Positions 9,303 through 19,693 of a stretch of DNA of 64,000 bases are shown in pieces. The stretch is taken from positions 145,323 through 209,322 of the forward strand of contig JAEZKK010000023.1 in NCBI GenBank assembly GCA_023415495.1, given 5' to 3'. Source of the stretch: Bacteroidota bacterium (lineage in GTDB: Bacteria > Bacteroidota > Bacteroidia > Bacteroidales > P3). Position 1 is the stretch's first letter. Each line of letters begins with the position of its first letter. The notes under the pieces are model-generated. The model saw nothing but the letters and a program-made list of their open reading frames with translations, ran no database searches and had not been told where the DNA came from. Both the position numbers and the translations under genes were made by a program.

Positions 9303-11009
9303 CTATTCATAATATTCATATTCAAACCTTACCAAATAAGAAGGATGTCTTTCTTCAACAAGATTTCCTATATCATCATACTTATAATAAACATTTTCAA
9401 TATTAGAATTGTCGCTATATACTATTGTATAATCCTTGCTAAAGGGTTTGTATTTATAATCTGATATTATAATATTCCCTTCGTTATCATTAATAATTCC
9501 TCTTATTAGTTTGCCTTTTGAGTTATAGAAAAAATTAATTTTTGAAGAAAAATAAGGATAATTATAAGCGTACTCTATTAGTCTTTTATTTGAATCGTAT
9601 TTCCAATTTTTAATTATACAATAATCTAAAGTATTTCCTTTATATATTTCTTCTCTTTTATAAACTAAAGTATCATTATCATATTTATATATTTCTCTCC
9701 TATTGTTATATCCTATTATTTCTTTTTCAATTAATCTTTTTTTATCATCATACTTATATGTAGTTTGAGGAGTTTTAGTCTCGCAATCAAATCTTTTTAT
9801 TAATAATCCATTTTCATAAATCAAAGTATCAATGCTAATGTAATTTGAAAATAATTCTGGAGTTTTAATAAGAATAATTTGCTTTTCATCATTGTAGTTA
9901 TATTCTTCAACATTACTCTCTCTCCATTTAATATTTTCTCCTACACGATCTTCATAATAAAATCTTACTTTACTTGATAATGTATAATCGTTATTATATA
10001 AATATTCAATTTTATATGTTTGGTTATATGAGTCAGTTGGTTCATCAAATATCTCCTGAAGTATTTTATCATTTTTATATATGAATCTATGTATTATTGG
10101 AGGAGCATCTGCTCTATAAGTTTTGCTTTCAACCAATCTTCCTTTTTTATCTAATCTAACAACTTCTTTTTTTGGTTTTGTATAGATATCCCTTTCCCAA
10201 CTAATAGTTTGGGATTTTCTGTTTAAACTATCATAAACATAAGTCTTTGTATTAGTTAATTCATTTCTAAAATATGATTTCTTTTGTATTAAATCATTTT
10301 GAGAGTTATAAATATATATAGTTTTCTCTAAACGTTTATTTTTAAGATATTCTATTTCTTTTATTAGATTTCCTTTTTTATCGTACTTATATAGAGTGTA
10401 TTCTCCCTTTGTTTCAGGTGAATAATCTTTAATCTTTTGTCCTTTATTATTGTATTCTATTATGTAACTACTAAATTCAACATTATTATTATAACTATAT
10501 TTAGATGTGTTATTTTTATTAGAATCATAAGTGTACAAAACTCTATGTGAAAACTTACCATTAAAATCTGTAAGTTCTTCAATTAGATTATCAAATCTAT
10601 CGTATTTATAAGTTTTTATTGATTGGATACTATCATTACGATAATCCTCCTTTTTTATACGTTTACCTTTTGAATCATAGTAATACTTAGAAATTTCTAC
10701 ATAATCTCTTTTAGTATATGCACTATCTAAAACAATATTTAGATTTTCATCAAAGTATTTTACAGTTTTATTGATTCTATGATTTTTCTTGTGGATTTTC
10801 GTTTCTTTTAAGTTTTGGAAATCTACAAAGATTGATTCAGAAGGTGTTATTGTATCTAAATAGCCATCTTTGCTGTCCTCGTATGTCTTTTTGTAAAAAG
10901 ATTTTACTTTTCCCTTGAGTTTATAATCGTTTAATGATTGAGCATTAGCCAAGATAGTTAAGCAAAGAAAAACTATTAATCCCAAGAATGCTTTTAAAGG
11001 AATACTCAT
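9303..11009 (-). CDS. secreted YD/RHS-like repeat protein (no toxin domain recognised)
   Basis: 568 aa with a signal peptide (…LTILANAQS). Many degenerate Y.YD..GNLI-type repeats (YKYDRFDNLIEE, YKYDKKGNLIKE, YVYDSLNRK). Confidence 0.6.
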   Translation of the reverse strand: MSIPLKAFLGLIVFLCLTILANAQSLNDYKLKGKVKSFYKKTYEDSKDGYLDTITPSESIFVDFQNLKETKIHKKNHRINKTVKYFDENLNIVLDSAYTKRDYVEISKYYYDSKGKRIKKEDYRNDSIQSIKTYKYDRFDNLIEELTDFNGKFSHRVLYTYDSNKNNTSKYSYNNNVEFSSYIIEYNNKGQKIKDYSPETKGEYTLYKYDKKGNLIKEIEYLKNKRLEKTIYIYNSQNDLIQKKSYFRNELTNTKTYVYDSLNRKSQTISWERDIYTKPKKEVVRLDKKGRLVESKTYRADAPPIIHRFIYKNDKILQEIFDEPTDSYNQTYKIEYLYNNDYTLSSKVRFYYEDRVGENIKWRESNVEEYNYNDEKQIILIKTPELFSNYISIDTLIYENGLLIKRFDCETKTPQTTYKYDDKKRLIEKEIIGYNNRREIYKYDNDTLVYKREEIYKGNTLDYCIIKNWKYDSNKRLIEYAYNYPYFSSKINFFYNSKGKLIRGIINDNEGNIIISDYKYKPFSKDYTIVYSDNSNIENVYYKYDDIGNLVEERHPSYLVRFEYEYYE

Positions 11010-11052
11010 AATGGTTTAAGTTTGTATATAGTATTATATTGATTTTCTTTGG

Positions 11053-11060
11053 CAAAGATA
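11053..11060 (-). promoter_or_regulatory. -7 box for the YD-like repeat gene
   Basis: CAAAGATA equals TATCTTTG on the minus strand, 44 nt before the ATG. Confidence 0.5.
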
Positions 11061-11106
11061 GTGAAATTTGAATTAGAAATCCTAAAGTCTAATTCCCTTC
11101 TAATGA

Positions 11107-11406
11107 AATTTGATTCTATTTTAATATAATGCCATTATACTTGCAATATAATGGCATTATTCTTACGATATAATGGCATTATATTAGATTGGAATTTGAT
11201 AAGAGTAGATTGAGGCTTGATTATGCGAGTTTTAAACTTGATTTAAAAGCTTGGTTTTTGGGATACAACCGATGGTTTTGTTGAATTATTGTATTGAATA
11301 AGGCTTTTTCTCATCGTTTCATCCAATTAATACTCTCTAACCTTTTGTTAATTAACATTTGAGTTAAGAGAACTATCTCTTGATTCTACGAAAATAGAAT
11401 CAAATT
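11107..11406. mobile_element. MITE-like element C: 16-bp perfect terminal inverted repeats enclosing a 3 x 22-bp TAATG-S-CATTA array
   Basis: AATTTGATTCTATTTT at 11107-11122 has its exact reverse complement at 11391-11406. Dyad cores are centred at 11132, 11154 and 11176. No ORF longer than about 20 aa lies inside. Confidence 0.7.
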
Positions 11407-11473
11407 GCATTTTTTTAGAATCCCGAGTTAGTTTTCTGTAATATGATTCTATTTTTCTGTAATTTGACTCTAA

Positions 11474-11512
11474 TCAAAAATAAGAGTTGATATCTTTATA
11501 TTTTCACTCTTA
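11474..11512 (-). terminator. terminator after umuC
   Basis: On the minus strand a 7-bp stem (TAAGAGT...ACTCTTA) is followed by TTTTTG. Confidence 0.45.
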
Positions 11513-11519
11513 TCATTTA

Positions 11520-12779
11520 TTAATGCACCTCGAGGATTTCGTTTATATTGGTTGTGTAGTGGTTTGATAGTTTTTCTTGTCTCATTTTCCATGTTCTTCC
11601 ATGGCTTTGTGCGGCAAGTCTTACAATATCTTTACTATAATATGAATTAATTTTATCAACAGCCTTCATTAGTTTCCAATGTCTTGGGTCACTTTCTTCA
11701 AAAAGAGATAGCTGTTTGTTCGACTCATTTATAAAGTCCATTACAATAACTCCGGCCTTCTTATACTTAAAGCCTTTTTGATAAATCTTCTTTAGACCAT
11801 TTGTTGCAAACTTAGATAATTCAATACTGCTATTGGTAGGATAGGGTAGCTTGAGGATAACGAAGTTTGAATATTGCTTTAAATCTTCTCGGAAATAATT
11901 TGTTGTTATAAAAACTTGAATCCTTGTGCAAAGGGAATGTTGCTTCCTTAGTTTCTCTGCACATTTACTTGCAAAAGTGGAGATTCTTTCTTCTATATCT
12001 TCCAAATCCTCCTTCATATTATCGAAGGTACGAGTTACAGCTATTGATTTTTTATCTTTAAATTTTTCTAATTCAATACTTGGTATTCCTTTTAAATCTC
12101 TCATTAGTAATAACCCTACAGAGGTGAGGTTTTTCTTTACCCAATTCTCATCTAAATTAGTAAAATCAAAAGCGTTATTAATATTCATTGCAAGTAACCT
12201 TTTTGAATGTTGTCGCCCTATTCCCCATACATCTCCAATCTTTGTCCACTTTAGGGCTTTAATCCTTTTATATTCGCTATCTATAATATGAATTCCATTG
12301 GTTTGTTTTGGAAATTTTTTAGCAACTCTTGTAGCAGTCTTAGCAAGGCTTTTTGTTGGACCAATTCCTATACTTATAGGTAGATGAGTGCATTTTTCAA
12401 CCTTTTTTTTTATCTCTAAAGCATATTCATAAATATCTTTTTCAATTCCTTTTAAACTAAGAAAGCACTCATCAATACTATATATTTCCATTTCTGGAGA
12501 AAAGCCCGAAAGAATAGTCATAACCCTATTAGACATATCTCCATATAGTTCGAAATTGGCAGAAAACACAGCAATATTATGCTTCTCTATTAAATGTTTT
12601 ATCTTAAAAGCAGGAACGCCCATTTTTACTCCGATATCTTTTGCCTCTTGGGAGCGAGCAATAGCACAACCATCATTATTGCTAAGTACAATAACAGGTC
12701 TTCCGATAAGTGAGGGATTAAAAACCCTTTCACAAGAGGCATAGAAATTATTACAATCTATATGTGCATAAAGGTTCAT
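11520..12779 (-). CDS. umuC: Y-family translesion DNA polymerase, UmuC-like
   Basis: 419 aa. The N-terminus (HIDCNNFYASCERVFNP...PVIVLSNNDGC) and SIDECFL are typical of UmuC. It lies immediately downstream of a UmuD-like gene. Confidence 0.85.
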   Translation of the reverse strand: MNLYAHIDCNNFYASCERVFNPSLIGRPVIVLSNNDGCAIARSQEAKDIGVKMGVPAFKIKHLIEKHNIAVFSANFELYGDMSNRVMTILSGFSPEMEIYSIDECFLSLKGIEKDIYEYALEIKKKVEKCTHLPISIGIGPTKSLAKTATRVAKKFPKQTNGIHIIDSEYKRIKALKWTKIGDVWGIGRQHSKRLLAMNINNAFDFTNLDENWVKKNLTSVGLLLMRDLKGIPSIELEKFKDKKSIAVTRTFDNMKEDLEDIEERISTFASKCAEKLRKQHSLCTRIQVFITTNYFREDLKQYSNFVILKLPYPTNSSIELSKFATNGLKKIYQKGFKYKKAGVIVMDFINESNKQLSLFEESDPRHWKLMKAVDKINSYYSKDIVRLAAQSHGRTWKMRQEKLSNHYTTNINEILEVH

Positions 12780-12788
12780 AATTTATCT

Positions 12789-13250
12789 CTAAATATGTTT
12801 TCTAAGGCTCCAAGTAATAACACCTAAGATTTGAGAATTCATTTCTGGATTAATCTCAATTAATGGGAATTTTTCGTTAGAAGAAACTAAGAAACATTTA
12901 TCCTTTGTTCTTTTTATTCTCTTTGTTGTAAACTCACCATCAATAAATATCATTGCAATATTATTATCTTTATATTCTAAGCTTGAATCAATCACTAATA
13001 AATCTCCTTCAAGAAAATCCTTATTCATAGAAGTTCCCACAACTCTTGCAAAATAAGTTGACTCAGGATGTGGCACACATTCCTTATTTATATCTATTCT
13101 CTGTCCGGTAAAATCGTTTGCTGGTGAAGGGAACCCAGCCCATATATTTCCTATAAATGGGAGACTAAGCTCTTGAGACTCTTTTGAGCCGTAAATCTCA
13201 AAGTCCTGTGTTTTTATTATTGGTCCTTCTAATTTTATTTTTGTCATCAC
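12789..13250 (-). CDS. umuD: S24 peptidase, UmuD-like (no HTH domain)
   Basis: 153 aa. Motifs GFPSPA, VGTSM and a later K (TTKR) match the LexA/UmuD self-cleaving fold. It is paired with umuC. Confidence 0.8.
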   Translation of the reverse strand: MMTKIKLEGPIIKTQDFEIYGSKESQELSLPFIGNIWAGFPSPANDFTGQRIDINKECVPHPESTYFARVVGTSMNKDFLEGDLLVIDSSLEYKDNNIAMIFIDGEFTTKRIKRTKDKCFLVSSNEKFPLIEINPEMNSQILGVITWSLRKHI

Positions 13251-13257
13251 AAAAAAA

Positions 13258-14379
13258 TTAATACTGAAAATCTATTACAAGTAGTTCTGATATAGAGCCT
13301 ATTCTATATTGTGGTCCCCAAATTCCCAAACCAGAGGATACGTAGTAATGAGTATTGGTCTTTTTCTTATATCCAAAAGGAAGCTCATACATAAGTTTCT
13401 CTATAATATTCACAGGAAAGAATTGACCATTATGAGTATGACCAGAGATTTGAATATCTATATTTAATTTTTCAGCCTCTGAGAGATTATATGGCTGGTG
13501 ATCTAATAGAATGGCAGGAAGATTAGCATTTAATTTCGTAACTATTTCTTTTAAATCCTTTCTTAAACGGCTGCTCCTATCTTTTCGCCCAATAATATAA
13601 AGGCTATTATCTATAATAACACTTGAATCCAATAAGACTCCAACATTAGCTTTGCGTAAGAAGTCAAAGTTTCTTTCTTTACCCTCTCCATAATAATCGT
13701 GATTTCCACTAACAGCATAAACTCCAAATTTTGTTTTGATGCTTAAAAACTCTTCATCCATTTTTTGAGACTCTACTGGATGCAAATTTCTATCTACGAT
13801 ATCTCCGACAAAAAGAACTAAATCCGGATTTTGATAATTAATCAGTTCTACGTATTTCTTAAACTTATTCTTATTAATATCATGACCAAGATGTAAATCG
13901 CTTGCAGCTACAATCCTTATGCTTTTTCCAAGTTTAGGCTTATTAGACTCAAGGTTTAATTTTGTAATTTGTGGATTATTAAATCTATAATTGCCTATAA
14001 TTAAACTAATCACTATTATCCCAGCACCAATTCCAAAAGCATATAATCGTGTTTGTAAAAACAAATCGTTAGGTAACTTTATCCAGAAACGATCAATCAG
14101 GGAATAAATATCTATCAATACAAATAGCAGGAAGAGATAGATTAGAATAATAAAAAAAGTATATGATATAAAATAAAGGATATTTGCTAATTGAGAGTGA
14201 AGTGTATCCCCATAGCTTAATGTATAGATAAATAATCCAAAAAGCGTTATTGAGCTTATTAGATAAATCCATTTACCAATTTTAAAATCACCGAGTATTT
14301 GAAATCCTCTTGTACTTATATAACTCAATAAAATTCCAAAAAAGATAATTAATACTAATATAAATCCTATGTTTTTCAT
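13258..14379 (-). CDS. membrane-anchored metallophosphoesterase
   Basis: 373 aa. N-terminal transmembrane helices followed by calcineurin-like motifs (SDLHLG, GDIVD, GNHDYY, GHTHNGQ). Confidence 0.8.
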   Translation of the reverse strand: MKNIGFILVLIIFFGILLSYISTRGFQILGDFKIGKWIYLISSITLFGLFIYTLSYGDTLHSQLANILYFISYTFFIILIYLFLLFVLIDIYSLIDRFWIKLPNDLFLQTRLYAFGIGAGIIVISLIIGNYRFNNPQITKLNLESNKPKLGKSIRIVAASDLHLGHDINKNKFKKYVELINYQNPDLVLFVGDIVDRNLHPVESQKMDEEFLSIKTKFGVYAVSGNHDYYGEGKERNFDFLRKANVGVLLDSSVIIDNSLYIIGRKDRSSRLRKDLKEIVTKLNANLPAILLDHQPYNLSEAEKLNIDIQISGHTHNGQFFPVNIIEKLMYELPFGYKKKTNTHYYVSSGLGIWGPQYRIGSISELLVIDFQY

Positions 14380-14389
14380 TCTCTTAGTT

Positions 14390-16291
14390 TTAATTATTAA
14401 TGTAGATTAAACCATTTTTAAAAGTCAAAATCTCTTTATCTATCATATCTCTTATAATAGGAATAATAATTTCTTTTCTTCCAAACTCATTATTGTCTGA
14501 AAAATATGAAATTTGTTTTGGTGAATACTCAAGCGATTCAATTATTTTTTCTTCAATTGATTTTCTATTTGTTTTAGCTCTTTTGTTAAGGCAATTATCG
14601 CATTTATTGCAAGAAATAGAATTAATAGAGAAATACTTTAACAAGTACTCTTGTCTGCATTGATCGCTATCTATATAATTTATTATTTGATTTGCCTTTT
14701 TTATATTTATTTCTTTCATCCTATGGTACGTCTCTTGAGATAAGGAAAAATTTGAATCAGGCAATCTGTTTTCTAAGAATAGTATTTGTGGATTCTTGCT
14801 CTTTTGGTCAAAATATAGTATTTCGTATTTTTCTAAGGTCATTAAGCTTTTATGTATTGAATCCTCTGTTTCATAAATTAACTTGGATATATCTCTTTCG
14901 TTAATATTTACAAAGTCTATCATAATAAAAGGATAAAGACGAATTAAAGTTATTAATAAGGGCTCGTAAGAAGGGTGTTGAGAAATAAAATTATATAAAT
15001 TAGGTTTTGAGCATATTATCTTTACTTTTGAAAATGTATTAAGGTTTTCAACAACAGAAAACAATTGTGAGGTCTCCATTATCTTAATTGCATTTGCTAC
15101 AATATAAGGTTGGTAATTATAAGTATGTGAAAACTCTAAAATATCCCAATTAAATCGTCTATCCTTACCAGTTGAAATAGGAACATTACAATAATTACCA
15201 ATAGCATTATATATTTTTTTAATACTATCAAGTTCTGGATATCTGTTTCTTGTAAAGCTAATCAATTCCTTTTTATCATTATCATTATAAAGTAAAACAC
15301 AATAAGACTTTTGTCCATCTCTTCCTGCACGTCCTACTTCCTGAAAATAATTTTCTATACTTTGAGGTATGTCGTAATGAATAATAAATCTTACATCTGG
15401 CTTATTAATCCCCATTCCAAATGCAGTAGTGGCAACAATCACTCTGGTTTTGTTTTCTATCCAATAATTTTGGTTGTGATTCCTCTCGGCCATTGTCATT
15501 CCTGCATGATACGCCATAGAGGAAACATTGTGATTGTTTAATAAAGCATTTATTATGGTAGCTTTATTCCTCGACCTTACATAAATTATTCCTGATCCTT
15601 CAATTCTTTCTAATATCTTAATAATTTTGGCAATTTTATTATTGTCATATTCGTAATATGCAGCGTATATTAAATTATTTCTCTCAAAACTGGAAGTGAA
15701 AAATCTAAAAGGACTTTTCATTAGTTTGGAACGGATATCTACTAAGACTTCTTCTGTGGCAGATGCAGTAAGGGCTAATAATGGAATATCAGGATGATAA
15801 TCTCTGATGTCGATAATTTTCATGTAAGATGGTCGAAAATCATATCCCCATTGAGATAAACAATGAGCCTCATCTACTACGATGAAGCTAACCTTCATTT
15901 TTTTAAAATGAGATATAAATGTTTCGGAACTGATTCTTTCAGGTGATATATAAAGTAGTTTTATCTTTGAATAAAGGCAGTTATTAAGAATTACTTCAAT
16001 TTCACCCTTAGACATACCCGAACATATATACTTAGCCGCAATTCCTCTTCTTTGTAAATCTTCTACTTGATCAATCATTAATGATATTAGGGGAGAAATA
16101 ACTATACAAACACCTTTTTTGATTAGGGCAGGCACTTGGTAACAAATACTTTTTCCCCCACCAGTTGGCATTAAACCGATGGTATCGTTATCAGACAAAA
16201 CTGAGGATATGATTTCTTCTTGATTTAATTTGAATTCTTCATATCCCCAGTATTTCTTAAGTATATTTAATGGTGTTAAGCTCTCAGACAT
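14390..16291 (-). CDS. RecQ-family ATP-dependent DNA helicase
   Basis: 633 aa. Motifs PTGGGKS, VDEAHCLSQWGYDFRPSY, TTAFGMGINK and QE.GRAGRDG, plus a C-terminal Cys cluster (C..C.NC). Confidence 0.85.
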   Translation of the reverse strand: MSESLTPLNILKKYWGYEEFKLNQEEIISSVLSDNDTIGLMPTGGGKSICYQVPALIKKGVCIVISPLISLMIDQVEDLQRRGIAAKYICSGMSKGEIEVILNNCLYSKIKLLYISPERISSETFISHFKKMKVSFIVVDEAHCLSQWGYDFRPSYMKIIDIRDYHPDIPLLALTASATEEVLVDIRSKLMKSPFRFFTSSFERNNLIYAAYYEYDNNKIAKIIKILERIEGSGIIYVRSRNKATIINALLNNHNVSSMAYHAGMTMAERNHNQNYWIENKTRVIVATTAFGMGINKPDVRFIIHYDIPQSIENYFQEVGRAGRDGQKSYCVLLYNDNDKKELISFTRNRYPELDSIKKIYNAIGNYCNVPISTGKDRRFNWDILEFSHTYNYQPYIVANAIKIMETSQLFSVVENLNTFSKVKIICSKPNLYNFISQHPSYEPLLITLIRLYPFIMIDFVNINERDISKLIYETEDSIHKSLMTLEKYEILYFDQKSKNPQILFLENRLPDSNFSLSQETYHRMKEINIKKANQIINYIDSDQCRQEYLLKYFSINSISCNKCDNCLNKRAKTNRKSIEEKIIESLEYSPKQISYFSDNNEFGRKEIIIPIIRDMIDKEILTFKNGLIYINN

Positions 16292-16839
16292 CAGTATTCA
16301 AATGGAGAATTAAAATCTTTAAACAATGGGTTATTCAAATCTCTTTGGGAAAGGATTGGATTTTCTACTCCCCAATCAATCCCTATTGTTTCATCGTTCC
16401 AATAAATTGCTCCTTCAGATTCTCTATTATACACATTAGTACATTTATATGTAAAAATAGTATCATCCTCAAGGGTTATAAATCCGTGAGCAAAACCTTC
16501 AGGAACGTAGAACATTCTTTTTGATTCTCCATCTAATTCAACAGAAAAGTATTTGCCATAAGTTGGAGAATTCTTTCTAATATCAACAGCATAATCTCTT
16601 ACCCTCCCTTGAAAAACTCTTACCAATTTCCCTTGAGCAAAAGGGGGCTTTTGGAAATGCAAGCCCCTTATTACACCTTTTGAAGATTTTGATTCATTAT
16701 CTTGAACAAACTCCATATCCAAACCATTGGCAAAAAATCTCTCTCTATTATAGGATTCAAAGAAATAACCCCTTTCGTCTCTAAAAACTACAGGTTCAAT
16801 AATTACAAGTCCTTCTATAGGAGTTTTAATTATCTTCAT
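16291..16839 (-). CDS. rfbC: dTDP-4-dehydrorhamnose 3,5-epimerase
   Basis: 182 aa. Motifs F.DERG.F.E, RGLH.Q and FAHGF. The stop overlaps the recQ-family start by 1 nt. Confidence 0.9.
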   Translation of the reverse strand: MKIIKTPIEGLVIIEPVVFRDERGYFFESYNRERFFANGLDMEFVQDNESKSSKGVIRGLHFQKPPFAQGKLVRVFQGRVRDYAVDIRKNSPTYGKYFSVELDGESKRMFYVPEGFAHGFITLEDDTIFTYKCTNVYNRESEGAIYWNDETIGIDWGVENPILSQRDLNNPLFKDFNSPFEY

Positions 16840-16851
16840 AAAAGAATTATA

Positions 16852-18237
16852 TTATCCGTGAATAGCTTTATTGTAAGCAGCCTCAATAGCTTCCATTATT
16901 CCTTCACTCATTGTTGGGTGAGGATGAACTCCATTGATTATATTATGAGCTTTAATTCCGTTTTCTCTTGCAACTACTGCTTCTGCAATCATTTCTGTAA
17001 CATTATCACCAATTAGGTGGCATCCTAATAACTCATCTGTTTTAGAATCTATAATTACCTTTACAAACCCATCTTTATTTCCAGAAGCGGAAGCTTTACC
17101 TGAAGCCATAAACATAAACTTACCTATTTTAATTTCTTTTCCACTCTCTAAAGCTTTTTCCTCAGTAAGCCCAACTGATGCTATTTCAGGAGAAGTATAG
17201 GTACAACCAGGGATATTCGCATAATTGATAGGTTGAGGTTTTTCTCCAGCTATTGCTTCAACACAAATAATAGCTTCTTTTGAAGCAACATGAGCTAAGG
17301 CTGGTCCATGAACAATATCTCCAATAGCATATACTCCATCAATATTAGTTCTGTAATAATCGTCTACAATTACCTTTGTTCTTTCAGTTTTAACTTCTAC
17401 TTCTTCTAATCCAAGGTTTTCAATATTAGTACTTACTCCAACAGCAGAAAGAACTATATCAGCCTCAATTATCTCATCTTTCTTTTTGCCCTTAACGTTA
17501 ACTAATAGCTTTTCTCCGCTTTTGTCAACTGATTCAACAGAAGTAGAAGTCATAATTTTCATACCCATTTTTCTAAATGATCTTTGAAGTGCAGCTGAAA
17601 CTTCTTCATCTTCGTTAGGAACAATTCTTGGTAAAAATTCAATTAAATGAACCTTTGTTCCCATACTTTGATAGAAATATGCAAATTCAGAACCAATTGC
17701 TCCCGAACCTACAACGACCATCGTTTCTGGTAAAGAAGGAAGAGTCATTGCTTGGCGATAACCTATAATTTTACTTCCATCTTGAGGTAAATTATCCAAT
17801 TCTCTTGAACGAGCACCTGTTGAAAGTATAATATGATTAGCTTCGTAAACTTCTTTTTCTCCAGATTTAGAAACTACTTCAACTTTCTTATCCCTTAATA
17901 ATTTGCCTACTCCTTCTATTACGTCGATATTATGTTTTTTCATTAAATATTCAACACCCTTGCTCATATTTTCAGCAACTCCTCTACTTCTTGAAACAAT
18001 TGCTTGCATATCAGCCTCTCCATTTGCTTTTATTCCATAACTATCGCTATGGTTTATATAATTAAATACTTGAGCAGATTTTAAAAGTGCCTTGGTTGGG
18101 ATACATCCCCAATTTAAACAAATTCCTCCAAGATTTTCTCTTTCAACAATTGCAGTTTTAAATCCAAGTTGTGAAGCTCTAATAGCAGCAACATAACCAC
18201 CAGGTCCTGCTCCAATTATTAATATATCGTATTTCAT
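16852..18237 (-). CDS. lpdA: dihydrolipoyl dehydrogenase
   Basis: 461 aa. Motifs GAGPGGY and the redox centre GGICLNWGCIPTK, a second NAD fold (VVGSGAIG.E) and a C-terminal HPHPT.SE. Confidence 0.9.
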   Translation of the reverse strand: MKYDILIIGAGPGGYVAAIRASQLGFKTAIVERENLGGICLNWGCIPTKALLKSAQVFNYINHSDSYGIKANGEADMQAIVSRSRGVAENMSKGVEYLMKKHNIDVIEGVGKLLRDKKVEVVSKSGEKEVYEANHIILSTGARSRELDNLPQDGSKIIGYRQAMTLPSLPETMVVVGSGAIGSEFAYFYQSMGTKVHLIEFLPRIVPNEDEEVSAALQRSFRKMGMKIMTSTSVESVDKSGEKLLVNVKGKKKDEIIEADIVLSAVGVSTNIENLGLEEVEVKTERTKVIVDDYYRTNIDGVYAIGDIVHGPALAHVASKEAIICVEAIAGEKPQPINYANIPGCTYTSPEIASVGLTEEKALESGKEIKIGKFMFMASGKASASGNKDGFVKVIIDSKTDELLGCHLIGDNVTEMIAEAVVARENGIKAHNIINGVHPHPTMSEGIMEAIEAAYNKAIHG

Positions 18238-18265
18238 AATAATCTATTTTATTCTGTTTTAATAT

Positions 18266-19693
18266 TTAGTCATTAAACTTTTTTTCTAATTCATCTACAA
18301 AGCTTTTAAAATCCTTGTCTGTTTCATAATGTTTTTCAACTTGGTTGCATGCATGCAATACTGTTGCGTGATTCTTCTTTCCACATTGAGAACCTATTAC
18401 AGTCAATGAATTTTTTGTAAGCTTTTTTGCAAAATACATCGAAAGCTGCCTGGCTCTAACTATCTCAAATTTTCTTGTAGGAGAATTAATCTTATCAACA
18501 GGCAGATCAAAATAATCACATACTACTTTTTGAATATAATCTATAGTTAATTCCCTCGCATTATTCTTAACGAATTTATCTATCATTTGTTTTGCAAGGT
18601 CAATAGTTATTGTTTTTTTATTAAATGAACTTTGTGCAAGTAGAGAGATTAAAGCTCCTTCTAATTCTCTAATGCTTGAATTAATATTATAGGCTAAATA
18701 CTCAATTATTTCATCACCCATTTCAATTCCGTCCTTGAATAGTTTTGTTTTAAGAATTTTAATTCTTGTTTCTACATCTGGATTCACTAAATCACAACTC
18801 AGTCCCCATTTAAGTCTGGATATTACCCTTTGTTCGAAATCAGCTAATTCAATTGGGGTTTTGTCGGAAGTAATTACTAATTGTTTGCCATTAGAATGTA
18901 GGGTGTTGAATATGTGGAAGAATGCTTCTTGAGTGCTATTTTTCTTTGCAAAGAATTGAATGTCGTCAATTATCAAAAGGTCAATCATTTGATAAAATTG
19001 CATGAAATCATTCTTTGAATTATTCATTATTGATTGAGTATATTGTTGGAAAAACTGTTCCGCAGAAACATATAAAACTGTTTTGTCAGGGAAATTCTTT
19101 TTTGTTTCAATTCCTATTGCATGTGCCAAATGAGTTTTACCAAGTCCGACTGAAGAGTAAATAAATAAAGGATTAAAAGAGCTTTTTCCTGGATTTTTAC
19201 TTACGGCATAACCAGCACTCCTTGCTAAACGGTTACAATCTCCTTCAATAAAATTTTCAAAGGATAAGTTATCGTTTAATTGAGAATTGATTTTAATTTT
19301 TTTAAGCCCAGGTAATATAAATGGATTAGGAAAATCCTTTTGATGAGAATTATTAATATTTACAGGAACATTTACTGGCTTGTTGTATGTAGCAGATTTA
19401 TTAGATGATGGTTGAAGAGTGTTATTAGGCACTCCTGAGTCAATTACATAAGAATAAAGAAGCTTAGCATCAGTCCCAATAACCCTTCGAATAGTTTTTT
19501 TTAGTAAATCCACATAATTCTCCTCAAGCCATTCGCAAAAGAATGGGCTAGGAACTTGAATGGTAAGTATTTTATTCTCTAATTGAAGTGGTTTTATTGG
19601 TTCGAACCATGTTTTGTACATATATTCATTGTCAAGAGCATCCTTAAATACATTAAGGCATTCTTTCCATACGTCCACATGATTTCTTTGCAT
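18266..19693 (-). CDS. dnaA: chromosomal replication initiator DnaA
   Basis: 475 aa. AAA+ motifs (NPLFIYSSVGLGKTHL, LLIIDDIQF) and a C-terminal DnaA-box-binding domain (R.R...AR...MY..K..T..S...IG..). Confidence 0.95.
   Translation of the reverse strand: MQRNHVDVWKECLNVFKDALDNEYMYKTWFEPIKPLQLENKILTIQVPSPFFCEWLEENYVDLLKKTIRRVIGTDAKLLYSYVIDSGVPNNTLQPSSNKSATYNKPVNVPVNINNSHQKDFPNPFILPGLKKIKINSQLNDNLSFENFIEGDCNRLARSAGYAVSKNPGKSSFNPLFIYSSVGLGKTHLAHAIGIETKKNFPDKTVLYVSAEQFFQQYTQSIMNNSKNDFMQFYQMIDLLIIDDIQFFAKKNSTQEAFFHIFNTLHSNGKQLVITSDKTPIELADFEQRVISRLKWGLSCDLVNPDVETRIKILKTKLFKDGIEMGDEIIEYLAYNINSSIRELEGALISLLAQSSFNKKTITIDLAKQMIDKFVKNNARELTIDYIQKVVCDYFDLPVDKINSPTRKFEIVRARQLSMYFAKKLTKNSLTVIGSQCGKKNHATVLHACNQVEKHYETDKDFKSFVDELEKKFND

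Noticed and set aside
11475-11482. CAAAAATA just downstream of umuC could be a minus-strand -7 box driving transcription toward element C.
   Set aside because: It coincides with the T-tract of the hairpin terminator that follows umuC. A terminator reading is more parsimonious, and it lies about 300 nt from the array.
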